In this document: in pieces, positions 1 through 10,707 of the stretch
How positions within the stretch are numbered: the stretch's first letter is position 1
How the letters are laid out: each line of letters begins with the position of its first letter
NCBI GenBank assembly: GCA_963667175.2
Contig: CAXXXF010000003.1
Location: 480,001-544,000, forward strand
Origin: Candidatus Latescibacterota bacterium
Lineage (GTDB): Bacteria > Latescibacterota > UBA2968 > GCA-2709665
Length of the DNA: 64,000 nucleotides
Direction of reading: 5' to 3'
Notes under the pieces: generated by a model
What the model was told of the DNA's origin: nothing
The model's input: only the letters and a program-made list of their open reading frames with translations
Database searches by the model: none
Translations under genes and position numbers: made by a program

Positions 1-11
1 ACACAGACCGC

Positions 12-1055
12 TCATCCGGCTAAGAACTGCCCGTTACGGGCTTCGTACCTGGTTGGCTTGCCAAGCGTCGGGCCTCCATTCATCACCCAGGCAGCCACCC
101 ATTCCATCATCTCGTCGGACGAGGTCCGGGGCAGTCCCATGAGATCGAACAACGCCCGGGAATTGCCCAGCAGGGCTGTCGGACGCTCCTCGCCCTCAAA
201 TGCCGGCGCCCGCCCCATCAGCGCGCCGAGCTTAAGCGCGACGTCTCGCACCGGCAGCAGATCGGGACCGGTCAGATTGAGCACCCCGGGCGGGGCTCTC
301 GCAGAGCGGAAAGCTCCGTGCAAGATAGGCGTTCGCGTCGCCCTGCCAGATCTGGTTTACATATCCCATGTTCAGGTCGATCGGTTTGTCCGCTCCAAAC
401 CCTCTGGGGCGACGTCCAGAAACACGCCGTAGCGCAACTCCGTTGCGTAGAACAACCGGATAACGGCGAGCGGCGTTCCGTTCCGCTCCGCGTAGTATGC
501 CGCGAGCCGCTCGCCCCCGAGGCGGGACTGAGCGTATTCCCCGATCGGATCCAGCGGCGACGACTCCACGGAGCCGCCCGTGTCAGGAGAGACAAACCGG
601 TAGACGTTCCCCGAGGACACATACACGATCCTGGCGTCCGGAAACCGCTGCATCACCTTTCCGGGAAGCAGTGCGTTCATGGCCCAGGTCAGGGGCTCGT
701 TCCCGGTGGAACCGAATTTGTGTCCCGCCAGCAGGATAATGTGACCCGCGTCGGGCAGACCTCGCAGCGCATCGTCATCAATCAGGTCGCAGCTTACGGT
801 CCGTATGCCGCGGGCTTCCAGGTAGTCCCGATCGGCCGGATTGGAAAAACGCGAAACCCCGATGACGCCGCTGGCGCCCGATCGCGCCAGAAGCTCGCCA
901 AGCGTCAACCCCATCTTGCCGGCAATGCCCAGGATCATCACCTCGCCGTCGATTCCGGATACAGCCTCCTGCACCTCGGGAATCGGTTGCGTCATCCGAT
1001 CGACCAGCGCGGTTTCGTTCTCTATGGGATCAAAGGCAAACTTCGACAATTCCAT
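12..1055 (-). pseudogene. NAD-dependent epimerase/dehydratase family protein, frameshifted near 290-410 (possibly sequencing error)
   Basis: N-terminal Rossmann ILGIAGKMG, VSSGNVY and YAQSR motifs in ORF 372..1133. The C-terminal part continues in other frames (QIWQGDANAY; VLNLTGP...GKPTRYEARNGQF). Confidence 0.75.
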
Positions 1056-1465
1056 CGCCGTTCCCTCAGTTGCTGGACTCCCGCGCACACCGCGTCCGTC
1101 CAATAGACCGGCTACAGGGGACGATGACGACATTTCGCCGACGCCGGTCGCAGTGAACCGCCCTGGCCGTTTCTCGATCCGAAGTCCTTTTTGGCCGCGG
1201 GCAGAAATTCATAAGAATATATTTTAAATCAATACACCATTTTATTAACAAAACTAACGTCTTGTGCGCTAGACCACACAATATAGAGCGTAAGTCCTTC
1301 TCATACAACCGAAATCTGGAGTGCGCATGCAGGGGGAGGCAAAAGAGTTGACTTTGATTCGACAGAATCATACGTTAATCCAATCCCGCGTTCCTGGAAA
1401 GCCGGACCTCGGGTCCGGTTGTGAAGGCAGGAATGCCCGTTTCCCGAGGGGACGGTAAATCAGCT

Positions 1466-3229
1466 ATGGATTTCCTCGTCCGGTTCTACCGCATTCTGGA
1501 AGGCAAACGTCTTCTCGTCGCCCTCACCGTCGCGTGCGGACTCCTGTTTGCCGCCGCCAACCTTCTGCCACCGCTGCTCATCAGAGAACTCATCCGCTGG
1601 CTGACGGAAGGCGCCGCCGGCGCCGATCTGCTTCGGATCAGCCTGCTTCTTGCAGGGGTCTACCTTTTCAGGGGTGCAACCAGATACGGTTATGGATTCT
1701 TTTCCCACATTGCCGCCTATCGCGTGATGCATGATCTGATGGTGAGGATTTACCGACACCTGCAGAACCTTCCCCACCGGTTTTTCAACAAGCAGCGGAC
1801 AGGAAATCTCATCTCAAGATCGATCAACGACGTCGAAGCCCTCGAAGACTTCGTGGCTCACGGCGTCCCTGAGACGGCGCTGGCTGCGATCATACCCCTT
1901 TCAATGACCGTTGTGCTGTTCACCCTGAACCCTGAGCTCGCCCTCATCACCCTCATCCCCATTCCGCTGACAACCTTCCTGGTATACCGATACGTTTCAA
2001 AGGTACGCGCCCTCTGGAGCGCGGTGCGGGCGCACCTGGCCGACCTGATCGCGCTTGTCCAGGACAGCTTCGCCGGCATCCCGGTAATCAAGTCATTCGC
2101 GCAGGAACACCGGCGCGCCCGCCTTGTCGAAGCCCAGAGCCGGAAGTTCAGGGACAGCAGCGTTACTGCCAACCGAATCTCGCTTCTACCCGCCGGCATC
2201 ATCGAGGCCACCGGCGGAATCGGTATCGTTCTGGTGATCTGGAGCGGCGGCGAAATGGCGCTGGAAGGCGTGATTTCTGTTGCGGACCTCTTTGTGTTCA
2301 TCGTCTACATGGGGCATATATATCAGCCATTTCTCCAACTCGCGTCATTCAACGACGTCCTGCAGAAAGCGGCGGCGAGCACCGACCGCGTTACCGAGCT
2401 CCTCGCCGTTGAATCGGACGTCCGTGACGCCCCGGACGCCGTTACGCCGCAAGCCATGTCCTGGGACGTCCGGTTCCTGGACGTCACCTTCGGATACGAT
2501 CCCGGGAATCCCGTGCTCTCCGGCGTCGACTTCCACGCAGACGAGGGTGAAATCATCGCACTTGTCGGGCCCACGGGCGCCGGAAAGACCACCGTTGTCA
2601 ATCTGATCCCTCGCTTTTACGACCCGCAAAGCGGCGGTGTCTTCATCGGAGGGCACGACGTCCGCACCCTTCCACTGGCCTGCCTTCGCTCACGGATCGC
2701 GACCGTGTTTCAGGACGTCTTTCTGTTCCACGCCACCGTGCGCGAGAATCTGCTCTTCGGTCGTCCGGACGCGACGGACCGGCAGGTCCGCGAAGCGGCG
2801 CGTGCGGCCAATGCGGAAGAATTCATCCTGGATCTTCCCGATGGCTACGACACCCTTGTCGGGGAGCGGGGCGTCCGGTTGTCCGGCGGGCAGAAACAGC
2901 GGCTTTCCATCGCCCGTGCCGTACTGAAAGACGCGCCGATCCTGATCCTTGACGAAGCCACGTCCTCTGTGGACGCCGAGACCGAAATCCTCATTCAGGA
3001 AGCCATCGCGCGTCTGACGCGCCACCGCACCACGATTGTGATCGCGCACCGGTTATCGACCGTGCGAAATGCGGACAAGATTCTCGTCTGTGACGGGGGT
3101 CGCATTGTCGAATCCGGCGCCCACGAGAAGCTGATGGACCACGATGGCCACTATGCGCGCATGGTACGGACGCAGGAGATTTCCCGCGGCTGGCGGATTC
3201 CCCAGGCAAGGGAAAACGCGGCCGACTAA
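1466..3229 (+). CDS. ABC exporter, fused permease/ATP-binding (MsbA-like)
   Basis: N-terminal TM domain, Walker A GPTGAGKT, signature LSGGQKQR, Walker B ILILDEATS, IAHRLST. Confidence 0.95.
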   Translation: MDFLVRFYRILEGKRLLVALTVACGLLFAAANLLPPLLIRELIRWLTEGAAGADLLRISLLLAGVYLFRGATRYGYGFFSHIAAYRVMHDLMVRIYRHLQNLPHRFFNKQRTGNLISRSINDVEALEDFVAHGVPETALAAIIPLSMTVVLFTLNPELALITLIPIPLTTFLVYRYVSKVRALWSAVRAHLADLIALVQDSFAGIPVIKSFAQEHRRARLVEAQSRKFRDSSVTANRISLLPAGIIEATGGIGIVLVIWSGGEMALEGVISVADLFVFIVYMGHIYQPFLQLASFNDVLQKAAASTDRVTELLAVESDVRDAPDAVTPQAMSWDVRFLDVTFGYDPGNPVLSGVDFHADEGEIIALVGPTGAGKTTVVNLIPRFYDPQSGGVFIGGHDVRTLPLACLRSRIATVFQDVFLFHATVRENLLFGRPDATDRQVREAARAANAEEFILDLPDGYDTLVGERGVRLSGGQKQRLSIARAVLKDAPILILDEATSSVDAETEILIQEAIARLTRHRTTIVIAHRLSTVRNADKILVCDGGRIVESGAHEKLMDHDGHYARMVRTQEISRGWRIPQARENAAD

Positions 3230-3340
3230 AGCAACGGCCGGAATGTCTATGCAGATCCATAGTCGTGCCTCCAATTGCCGGTGTTTCGCAAACGGCACAA
3301 TATATACACGCGCCGCCACCGGAAAAGCGCAAAATGCCCG

Positions 3341-3369
3341 TTGACATCCCGCCTTCCTTGACCTACATT
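3341..3369 (+). promoter_or_regulatory. sigma70-type promoter upstream of the Gfo/Idh/MocA pair
   Basis: TTGACA-17 bp-TACATT. Confidence 0.6.
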
Positions 3370-3390
3370 GCATCCCGCTCGATTTCTTAT

Positions 3391-3459
3391 CAGTCCGTTG
3401 AAAAAGTCGCTCCGCAGGCGAAGCCGGACGTAACCCGGATGGACTTTTTCATCGGGCTG
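3391..3459. mobile_element. Short MITE-like copy (69 bp)
   Basis: Ends CAGTCCGTTGAAAAAGTC...GACTTTTTCATCGGGCTG are shared with the copies at 11846 and 41606. Confidence 0.7.
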
Positions 3460-3503
3460 CTATGGTCGCGGCCCGCGGGGTTCGGCAAATACAGAGGCGG
3501 TGA

Positions 3504-4646
3504 ATGAAGAAAGGGAAGTTCGGTTTCGGGATTATCGGCTGCGGGGTGATCGCCCCCACACATCGCCAGGCCATCGATGCCTGCGACGCGGCCGAGCTCG
3601 TAGCGGTCTGCGATACCGACGAAAAGCAGATCCGGTCGTTTCTCGCCGGCATGGATGGCGCCGCGACAGAGATTCGCACGTATTCAGACCACAGAGAACT
3701 GGTTCAGGACCGGAACGTGGACGTCGTCAGCGTCTGTACGCCCTCCGGGCTGCACTGGGAAGGCGTGACCGCGGCCGCGAGGGCCGGCAGGCACGTGCTG
3801 TGCGAGAAGCCTCTCGAAATCGACGCCGGCCGCATGACCGACATGACGGTGACCTGCCGCGAAGCCGGGGTGAAGCTCGGATGCGTCTTCCAGAGCCGCG
3901 CCAGTCCGGACATGATGAGGGCACGCAAAGCCATTCAGGACGGCCTGCTGGGTCGGATGATTCTGGCTGACGCCTATCTCAAAGACTATCGGTCTCGCGC
4001 CTACTACCAGAGCGCGGGCTGGAGGGGCACCTGGTCGCTGGACGGCGGCGGCGCTCTCATGAACCAGGGCGTTCACGGCGTCGACCTTCTCCTCTGGCTT
4101 ACGGGAAGCCCGGTTGAATCGGTATTCGCGCGGGCAGAGCATAAGGTGCGCGACATCGAAGTGGAAGACACGGCCGTGGCCAATCTGAAATTTGGAAACG
4201 GCGCGTTCGGTGCCCTCATCGGAACCACGTCGTGCAACCCCGGCGAAGCCCGCCGCATCGAGTTGCACGGAGACCGCGGCACCATCACGGTAAGCGGAAG
4301 TTCGATTTCCCGCTGGGCGAACACCCGGGAAGAAGACGGCCGCGCCGAAGACACCGAACCGCCCAGAGCAATCGAAACCGAGGGCGCCGTGGCCGACCCC
4401 GGTGACATCGGCAGCGCCGGCCACGTCTTCCTGGTGGAAGACCTTGTCCGGGCAATCGAAGAAGACCGCGACCCCTACGTTAGCGGCGAATCCGCCCGCG
4501 GCGCCGTGGACCTTATCCTCGCGGTCTACGAGTCCGCACGAACGGGCGGGGAAGTCGAAGTCCGGCGCCCCGGGCTGATCCATACGGTACCGGCGCGGCA
4601 TGCCGCGTTCCGACACGCGAAAAGGAATGTTGCACAAAATGGCTGA
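3504..4646 (+). CDS. Gfo/Idh/MocA family oxidoreductase
   Basis: GIIGCGVIA, CTPSGLH, LCEKP, GGGALMNQGVHGVDLL. Confidence 0.93.
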   Translation: MKKGKFGFGIIGCGVIAPTHRQAIDACDAAELVAVCDTDEKQIRSFLAGMDGAATEIRTYSDHRELVQDRNVDVVSVCTPSGLHWEGVTAAARAGRHVLCEKPLEIDAGRMTDMTVTCREAGVKLGCVFQSRASPDMMRARKAIQDGLLGRMILADAYLKDYRSRAYYQSAGWRGTWSLDGGGALMNQGVHGVDLLLWLTGSPVESVFARAEHKVRDIEVEDTAVANLKFGNGAFGALIGTTSCNPGEARRIELHGDRGTITVSGSSISRWANTREEDGRAEDTEPPRAIETEGAVADPGDIGSAGHVFLVEDLVRAIEEDRDPYVSGESARGAVDLILAVYESARTGGEVEVRRPGLIHTVPARHAAFRHAKRNVAQNG

Positions 4647-5706
4647 AGACACCAAACTCGGCTGGGGCATCATTGGCGCCGGCATGATCGCGGGGCATTT
4701 CAGGTCGGCAATCGAAGCCTGCCCGAGCGCGGAACTGGTCGCGGTCTGCAACTATAACGAAGACAAGGGAAGGCAGTTCGCAGCCGAGTCCGGCGGCATC
4801 CGATTCTACAAGCATTATCAGGACCTGGTCGCGGATCCGGACGTGCGGATCGCCGGCATCTGTACCCCGTCAGGCATGCACGCGGACAACGTGATTGCGG
4901 CCGCCGGGGCCGGCGTGCATTCCCTGTGCGAGAAACCGCTGGACGTCACGCGTGAGAAAATGGACCGGATGATCGGAGCCTGCCGCGATGCCGGCGTCAA
5001 ACTCGGCTGTATTTTCCAAAGTCGAACCAGCGATGAAGCCATCAAGGTGCGAAACGCCATCAGGAACGGAGATCTGGGCAATCTCGTGCTGGCCGACGCC
5101 CTGTTGAAGAACTATCGCTCACAAGAGTACTACAACAGCGCGGGTTGGCGCGGCACGTGGAAACACGACGGCGGCGGCGCACTGATGAACCAGGGGGTCC
5201 ACGGCGTGGACCTTCTGCTGTGGCTGATCGACGACGACGTGGAATCCGTGTTCGCTCGCGCCGAACACAAGGTGCGCGACATCGAGGTGGAGGACACAGC
5301 CGTCGCCACCATCAAATACAGGAGCGGCGCGTTCGGAACGCTTATCGGCACGACGTCCTGCAACCCGGGAGAGGCGACTCGGCTTGAAATCCACGGTGAC
5401 TCCGGGACCATCACCCTGAGCGGTACCGAAATCACGCGCTGGGCCACCGCCACCGAGGAAGACGGACGCGCCGTCGACGCGTTTCCCCCGAGGCAGATCG
5501 CCGCGGCCGGCAACGTGGGCGCCGCCAGCGCCGTCGCGCCCGGCCACGGCTTTCTGGTAGACGACATCACGCGCGCCGTCCTGGAAGACCGCGAGCCCCA
5601 TATCCCGGGCGAGTCGGCGCGGAAGTCCGTGGACCTGATCCTGGCGATCTACGAATCCGCAAAGACCGGTCGGGAAATTGCCATGGACGCGTGGCAGACG
5701 TCCTGA
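4639..5706 (+). CDS. Gfo/Idh/MocA family oxidoreductase (tandem paralog)
   Basis: GIIGAGMIA, LCEKP, GGGALMNQGVHGVDLL. Very similar to the upstream gene. Start may be 4627. Confidence 0.93.
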   Translation: MAEDTKLGWGIIGAGMIAGHFRSAIEACPSAELVAVCNYNEDKGRQFAAESGGIRFYKHYQDLVADPDVRIAGICTPSGMHADNVIAAAGAGVHSLCEKPLDVTREKMDRMIGACRDAGVKLGCIFQSRTSDEAIKVRNAIRNGDLGNLVLADALLKNYRSQEYYNSAGWRGTWKHDGGGALMNQGVHGVDLLLWLIDDDVESVFARAEHKVRDIEVEDTAVATIKYRSGAFGTLIGTTSCNPGEATRLEIHGDSGTITLSGTEITRWATATEEDGRAVDAFPPRQIAAAGNVGAASAVAPGHGFLVDDITRAVLEDREPHIPGESARKSVDLILAIYESAKTGREIAMDAWQTS

Positions 5707-5806
5707 TCCGGGGCGGAACACTGCGTCACGCAAACACAGCGAAAGGAACAGCCGGTTGCGACACCTGCAACCGGCTGTTCCTTTTCTTTCCTGGTGTACG
5801 GCGGAT

Positions 5807-6880
5807 TCAGGCGCCGGCGTCTCCCAATGCCACGACCCGTCCCGTTTCCGCGGACGCATAGATCGCTTCCACCACTTCCACGGCGCGAAGCCCGTCGATG
5901 CCGGATATCCCAGGAGGTCTCCCGTCCAGAATCGCGTCGACCGTCTCGCTCAGATAGACCCGGCCCGAAACACCGCCGTAGCCCTCTACCGCACCCGAGG
6001 CGACTCTCAACGTCTTCCGCGGTCCACCCGGGAAGTCAGGGTGGTCGCTCACCACGAAGACTTCGTCCGCCGTACCTCCCCAGGCCGGACTCCAGGAAAC
6101 CGTACCCAGGGCGCCTCGAAGGCCAATGAAGAGGTCCCTGCCGGCGGGATAGGCATCCGGTACGGAATAGCTGATGTCCAGCGTGGCTGTTGCGCCCCGG
6201 TTGAATCTTACGATGCCGAAACTGTTGTCTTCAATGTCCAGGTGATGCTGCTGATGGCTCACCATGCCGGTCGCCTGTCCGACTTCGTCCTGAAGGAACC
6301 ACCTGAACAGATCGATCCAATGGGTTCCCAGGTTGTGCATCGGGCCGCCCCCGGCGATCGCCCGCTGATTCAGCCATGGTGAAATTCCGTCATCCAGGTA
6401 CCGGAGGGGGGAGCCCGCGGCGCAACGCCCCTCGAGCGCCACAATCTGCCCCAGAAAGCCGCGGTCGACGAGTTCCTTGATCTTTCTGGATGCCGGATGC
6501 GCGCGCCAGCAGTAGGGCGAGGAGAGCGCCACGTCCGCCGCTTCCGTGGCCGCGATCATGCGCCGGATGCCCCCGGACGTATCGGCCATCGGTTTCTCGA
6601 CAACCACGTGCTTGCCGGCCGCCGCCGCCCGTTCCACCGCGTCGGGGCACTCCGCGTGCGGCAGCAGGATCACCGCGAGGCCGATATCCTCCCGCGCGAG
6701 AAGCCTGTTGTAATCCTCGTACCCTTCGATCCCGGTCTGACCGCACACCCGCTTCAGAACCACCGGATCCGCCTCCGCGACGGACCGCACCTCCGTCCGG
6801 GCGATGGCGTCAAAATGCGGAAGATAGTCCAGGGAATGAAGATGGTGAAATCCGATGATCCCGACCCCGAGCCTCTCCAT
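5807..6880 (-). CDS. Gfo/Idh/MocA family oxidoreductase
   Basis: GVGIIGFHH, HVVVEKP, GGGPMHNLGTHWID. Confidence 0.9.
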   Translation of the reverse strand: MERLGVGIIGFHHLHSLDYLPHFDAIARTEVRSVAEADPVVLKRVCGQTGIEGYEDYNRLLAREDIGLAVILLPHAECPDAVERAAAAGKHVVVEKPMADTSGGIRRMIAATEAADVALSSPYCWRAHPASRKIKELVDRGFLGQIVALEGRCAAGSPLRYLDDGISPWLNQRAIAGGGPMHNLGTHWIDLFRWFLQDEVGQATGMVSHQQHHLDIEDNSFGIVRFNRGATATLDISYSVPDAYPAGRDLFIGLRGALGTVSWSPAWGGTADEVFVVSDHPDFPGGPRKTLRVASGAVEGYGGVSGRVYLSETVDAILDGRPPGISGIDGLRAVEVVEAIYASAETGRVVALGDAGA

Positions 6881-6944
6881 CGAATCGCATTCTCCGTTTC
6901 TGCCGGCCGCGTCTCTTCCGCTCGCGACTTCCGGCGATAAACGT

Positions 6945-8180
6945 TCAGCCGCACCAATCCACGATGGCGCGCGCAAGTACCTCGGCCCCGTCAGCCAGGC
7001 GTTGAACGGGGATCTGCTCCTGGCTGGAGTGGGCTACGCCCAGCGTTCCCGCGCCGATCACCACCGCGGGTACGCCAATCAGATTCGTGTAGAACCACGC
7101 ATCGCACGACGCGGGCATCGCCGCCACCTCGACGGGCTGTCCGCTCGCCAGGCAGGCCCGTTCCAGCGTGCTTACGATGGGATGATCGACAGGGACTTCG
7201 TTGCAGTCGTGCCGGTACATGAACTCCATATCGAAATGGTCCGGGAGCCAGTCGCCACCCTCGGCCTTCAACGCCTCCTCCATCTCGCGCATTACCTCTT
7301 CTTTCGTACGCGTCGGCAGGAATCCGAGAACGCCCTTGAACGTCGCCTTTCTCGGCGCCATTGCCGGCCAGTCCCCTGCCTCCAGCGTGCCAATCGTAAT
7401 GGGCATCGGGTTGTCGTACGCGTCGTAGAGCGGGTGCCCCCTGGATTCCGCCAACAACCTGCCGTGGTATCCCTCCAGAATCTCAATGGCCCGCACGGCC
7501 TCCTTCAGCGCGCTCACCGTTCGCCCCGCCTGACCGCTGTGACCCGCCCTTCCGTAGACGTTAACCGTGAACCATACCGCTCCGCGGACCGACGGAAGGA
7601 TCTTCAATTCGGACGGCTCCAGCACCAGCGCAGCATCGGCGCGGTCGTCGCCGCGCACAAAGGCCAGCGTTCCGTTGCCGCCGCATTCCTCCTCGATCAC
7701 CAGGTGCCCGATCAGATCCCCCTTGAGCTCGATTCCCATCTCTTCGAGGGCGGCGAGCGTCAGATAGAACATGGCGGCCTGACCCTTGCAGTCGCACGCG
7801 CCGCGGCCGAATACGACCCCGTCTTCAACGCGCCCGTCGAACGGCCGGTCCTGGCCCGACGACGCCGGCACGACGTCCAGGTGGGTATTCACGATCAACG
7901 ACCGCCCCCCGCCGGTTCCCTTTCTGCGTACCCTCAGATTCGGGCGATCCGCGTAGGTAATATCCGGCAGCCGGAACGAATAGTCGGGGTCCTCCTGAAT
8001 GGAGTCCGAGACCGGTACCAGTTCGTGTTCGTCCACGACCCCGTTCATCCGCGCGTGCAGCAGGCGCACCGCACGTCCTTCGTCTCCGCGCACGGACGGA
8101 ATGCGAATCAGTTCGCAGAGCAGTCCGACGGCCTCTTCCCTGTGAGTCTCGATTGCCGCTCTCAATTGCCGATTATCCAA
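6945..8180 (-). CDS. M20 family ArgE/DapE-like deacylase
   Basis: NTHLDVVP, GRGACDCKG, EEECGG, EPS, AHS metal ligands. TTG start with GGGGAG RBS; start uncertain. Confidence 0.9.
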   Translation of the reverse strand: MDNRQLRAAIETHREEAVGLLCELIRIPSVRGDEGRAVRLLHARMNGVVDEHELVPVSDSIQEDPDYSFRLPDITYADRPNLRVRRKGTGGGRSLIVNTHLDVVPASSGQDRPFDGRVEDGVVFGRGACDCKGQAAMFYLTLAALEEMGIELKGDLIGHLVIEEECGGNGTLAFVRGDDRADAALVLEPSELKILPSVRGAVWFTVNVYGRAGHSGQAGRTVSALKEAVRAIEILEGYHGRLLAESRGHPLYDAYDNPMPITIGTLEAGDWPAMAPRKATFKGVLGFLPTRTKEEVMREMEEALKAEGGDWLPDHFDMEFMYRHDCNEVPVDHPIVSTLERACLASGQPVEVAAMPASCDAWFYTNLIGVPAVVIGAGTLGVAHSSQEQIPVQRLADGAEVLARAIVDWCG

Positions 8181-8282
8181 GACCGCACTCCCCGGATCCG
8201 GCCCGCGCCTTCCCCCACTCCGGATCCTCAGTTGCCGGGACGGCATGGCCGGTCGTCCCGTTTCCGACACGGTTCCGCCAGG

Positions 8283-9620
8283 TCACCCGGCGACTTCCGC
8301 CAGCGCACGGTCGAGGATGTCGATGCCCATCTCCGCCTCGCTTTCCGAAATCACCAGCGGCGGCGCGATCCGTACGACGTTTCCGTATAACCCGACCTTG
8401 CCGAGTAGAAGGCCGTGCGCTCCCGCCGTGAGCAGCACCTCGGACGTCAGGTCCGGCGCGGGCGTTTTCTCCTCGGGATCCAGTACGAACTCCAGCCCGA
8501 TCACGAGCCCCTGCCCGCGCACGTCGCCCAGAATCTCGTGTTTCGCCATCAGTTCCCTGAACCGTGCCATCATATAGTCGCCCACGCGTTGCGCGTTTTC
8601 CGGCAACGTCTCCTCTTCCATCACGTCCAGGACAGCGTGGGAGGCAGCGCTGGCCAGCGGATTGCCGCCGCAGGTGCTGGACATCTCACCGACCCCCATG
8701 CACTCGAAAATAACGCTCTCGCCGGCAAGCGCGGACGCCGGCATTCCACTGCCGATGCCCTTGCCCAGACAGACCATATTGGGTTGCAGGTCCTCCCACT
8801 CCAGCGCAAACAGCTTTCCGGTGCGCCCGAACGACGATTGCACCTCATCCAGAATGAAGACCATCCCCCGCTCACGCGCCCACGCCTCCAGCCCCTTCAG
8901 CCACCCGGCCGGCGGAAAGATAAAACCCGCGCCGCCCTGATAGGGCTCGGTGATGACGGCGCCCACGTCGCCCGTGGACGTGGAATCGATGATGCGGTCC
9001 AGGTTCTCCAGGCAGCGTTGCGCGCACTCCTCTTCCGTTTCACTATCGTAAAAATCCCGATAGAAGTAGGGAAACGGCGCCAGTATTCCGCCCGGGAGTT
9101 GCGGGCCGAACGCGCGTTTCGTCTTCATATTTCCAGCCACGCTCATCGGTCCGTACGTGCGTCCGTGAAATCCCCCGTAGAACGAAAGCACCTCGTGCTT
9201 GCCCGTGAACCGTTTTGCAATGCGGATCGCCGCCTCCGTCGCCTCGGCGCCCGTCGTAAGCAGGAAGGTCTGATCGATGTTTTCGGGCAACAGGTCGGTC
9301 AGTCGTTTCGACAGCGTCACGCGTTCCGGCGTCGGAAACGAATAACAGTTCATCAGCCGCCCGGCCTGTTCCCGTATGCTCTCCACGTGGCGAGGGTGGG
9401 AGTGCCCCAGATTGGTGACCAGCACGCCGGAGGTGAAGTCGAGAAACCGGTTGCCGTCCACGTCCCACACCCAGACGCCCTCGCCGTGGTCCCACACCAC
9501 CGGCACCTGATCGGCCATGCACGGCGGCTCGTATTCCCTGGAAACGTCGAGCAATTCGGCCGACCGGGGTCCCGGAATCTTCCGCTTCTCCAATGTGATC
9601 GCGTTCGCCGCCCGCGCCAT
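8283..9620 (-). CDS. Class-III PLP aminotransferase (4-aminobutyrate aminotransferase-like)
   Basis: DVDGNRFLDF, TGAEATE, FHGRT, ILDEVQSSFGRTG, LGKGIGSG. Confidence 0.93.
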   Translation of the reverse strand: MARAANAITLEKRKIPGPRSAELLDVSREYEPPCMADQVPVVWDHGEGVWVWDVDGNRFLDFTSGVLVTNLGHSHPRHVESIREQAGRLMNCYSFPTPERVTLSKRLTDLLPENIDQTFLLTTGAEATEAAIRIAKRFTGKHEVLSFYGGFHGRTYGPMSVAGNMKTKRAFGPQLPGGILAPFPYFYRDFYDSETEEECAQRCLENLDRIIDSTSTGDVGAVITEPYQGGAGFIFPPAGWLKGLEAWARERGMVFILDEVQSSFGRTGKLFALEWEDLQPNMVCLGKGIGSGMPASALAGESVIFECMGVGEMSSTCGGNPLASAASHAVLDVMEEETLPENAQRVGDYMMARFRELMAKHEILGDVRGQGLVIGLEFVLDPEEKTPAPDLTSEVLLTAGAHGLLLGKVGLYGNVVRIAPPLVISESEAEMGIDILDRALAEVAG

Positions 9621-9655
9621 ATCAGATCTCCCGACAGGTTGATGCGCCCGTAAGT

Positions 9656-10645
9656 CTATGCCAGTTCCTTGTTGATCAGAAATCGCGGCGGCCGTCCTTC
9701 GATAAACCGCACAAAGTCCTCCATCACCTTCTCGCGCATGCTCCAGTTCGCCTCTTCCGAATACCACGCCAGATGGGGAGCGAGGAGCGCATTCTCCAGA
9801 TTGAACAGGTCCATTTCAGGATCGGGCGGTTCCTGTTCGTACACGTCGATGGCGGCGCCCGCGATCCAACCCTCCCTCAGCGCACGGGCGAGGGCATCCG
9901 CGTCCACCAGACCTCCTCTGGCGGTATTCACCAGATAGGCGTGGGACTTCATCGCCCGAAGTTCCCTTTCACCGATGAGATGATACGAATTTTCGTCGAG
10001 CGACGCGTGAACCGTGATCATGTCCGCTTCTTTGAGCACCGTGTCGAGGTCCACGACCTGCACGTCCAGTTCCTTCAGGCGTTCTGCGGAAAGATACGGA
10101 TCGCACACCAGGACGTTCACGTCGAACCCCGCCAGTTTCCTGAGCGTGAGGCTCCCGATGCGGCCGCATCCGATAATGCCGACGGTCTTTCCCTTGACGG
10201 AATAGACGGGATATACCTCGGTGAAGTCCCATATCCCGTTTCGGCTCGACGCTTCCAGAATTCTCCGTCCCACGTTCAGCTTCCGCCAGCCAGACAGCAT
10301 CAGCGTAATGGCGTGTTCGGCCACCTCGTCCGAACAGTAGTCCGGTTCGTAGGCGACCCGGATTCCCTTTTTCGTCGCCGCGCTCACGTCCACGTTGTCG
10401 TATCCGACGCCGTGCCTCAGGATCAGCCTGCACCTTTCCAGCTGATCGATCACGCTCGCGGTCATCTTTACCATGTTCACCAGAATCATATCCGCGTCGA
10501 CGATCTTTTCGACCAGGTCGGGCTCGGACCTGAACTTCAGCTGATGATATTCGAAGGTGACATGCCCGTATTTGCCGAGTTCTTCCTCTTCCCATTTCAG
10601 ATCGGGCTCGATATAATCGGTGACCACAATCTTGATCGGCTCCAT
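9656..10645 (-). CDS. D-2-hydroxyacid dehydrogenase (CtBP/SerA-like)
   Basis: HGVGYDNVD, GIIGCGRIG, VNTARG, DVYEQEP, PHLAW. Confidence 0.93.
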   Translation of the reverse strand: MEPIKIVVTDYIEPDLKWEEEELGKYGHVTFEYHQLKFRSEPDLVEKIVDADMILVNMVKMTASVIDQLERCRLILRHGVGYDNVDVSAATKKGIRVAYEPDYCSDEVAEHAITLMLSGWRKLNVGRRILEASSRNGIWDFTEVYPVYSVKGKTVGIIGCGRIGSLTLRKLAGFDVNVLVCDPYLSAERLKELDVQVVDLDTVLKEADMITVHASLDENSYHLIGERELRAMKSHAYLVNTARGGLVDADALARALREGWIAGAAIDVYEQEPPDPEMDLFNLENALLAPHLAWYSEEANWSMREKVMEDFVRFIEGRPPRFLINKELA

Positions 10646-10664
10646 AGAACGCTCCTGAGAATAG

Positions 10665-10693
10665 CAGCCCGGATGGACTTTACCAACGGGCTG
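10665..10693. mobile_element. Minimal 29-bp MITE remnant with ATAG target duplication
   Basis: ATAG-CAGCCCGGATGGACTTTACCAACGGGCTG-ATAG matches the right end of the 41606 element. Confidence 0.6.
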
Positions 10694-10707
10694 ATAGAGA
10701 TGCGGGT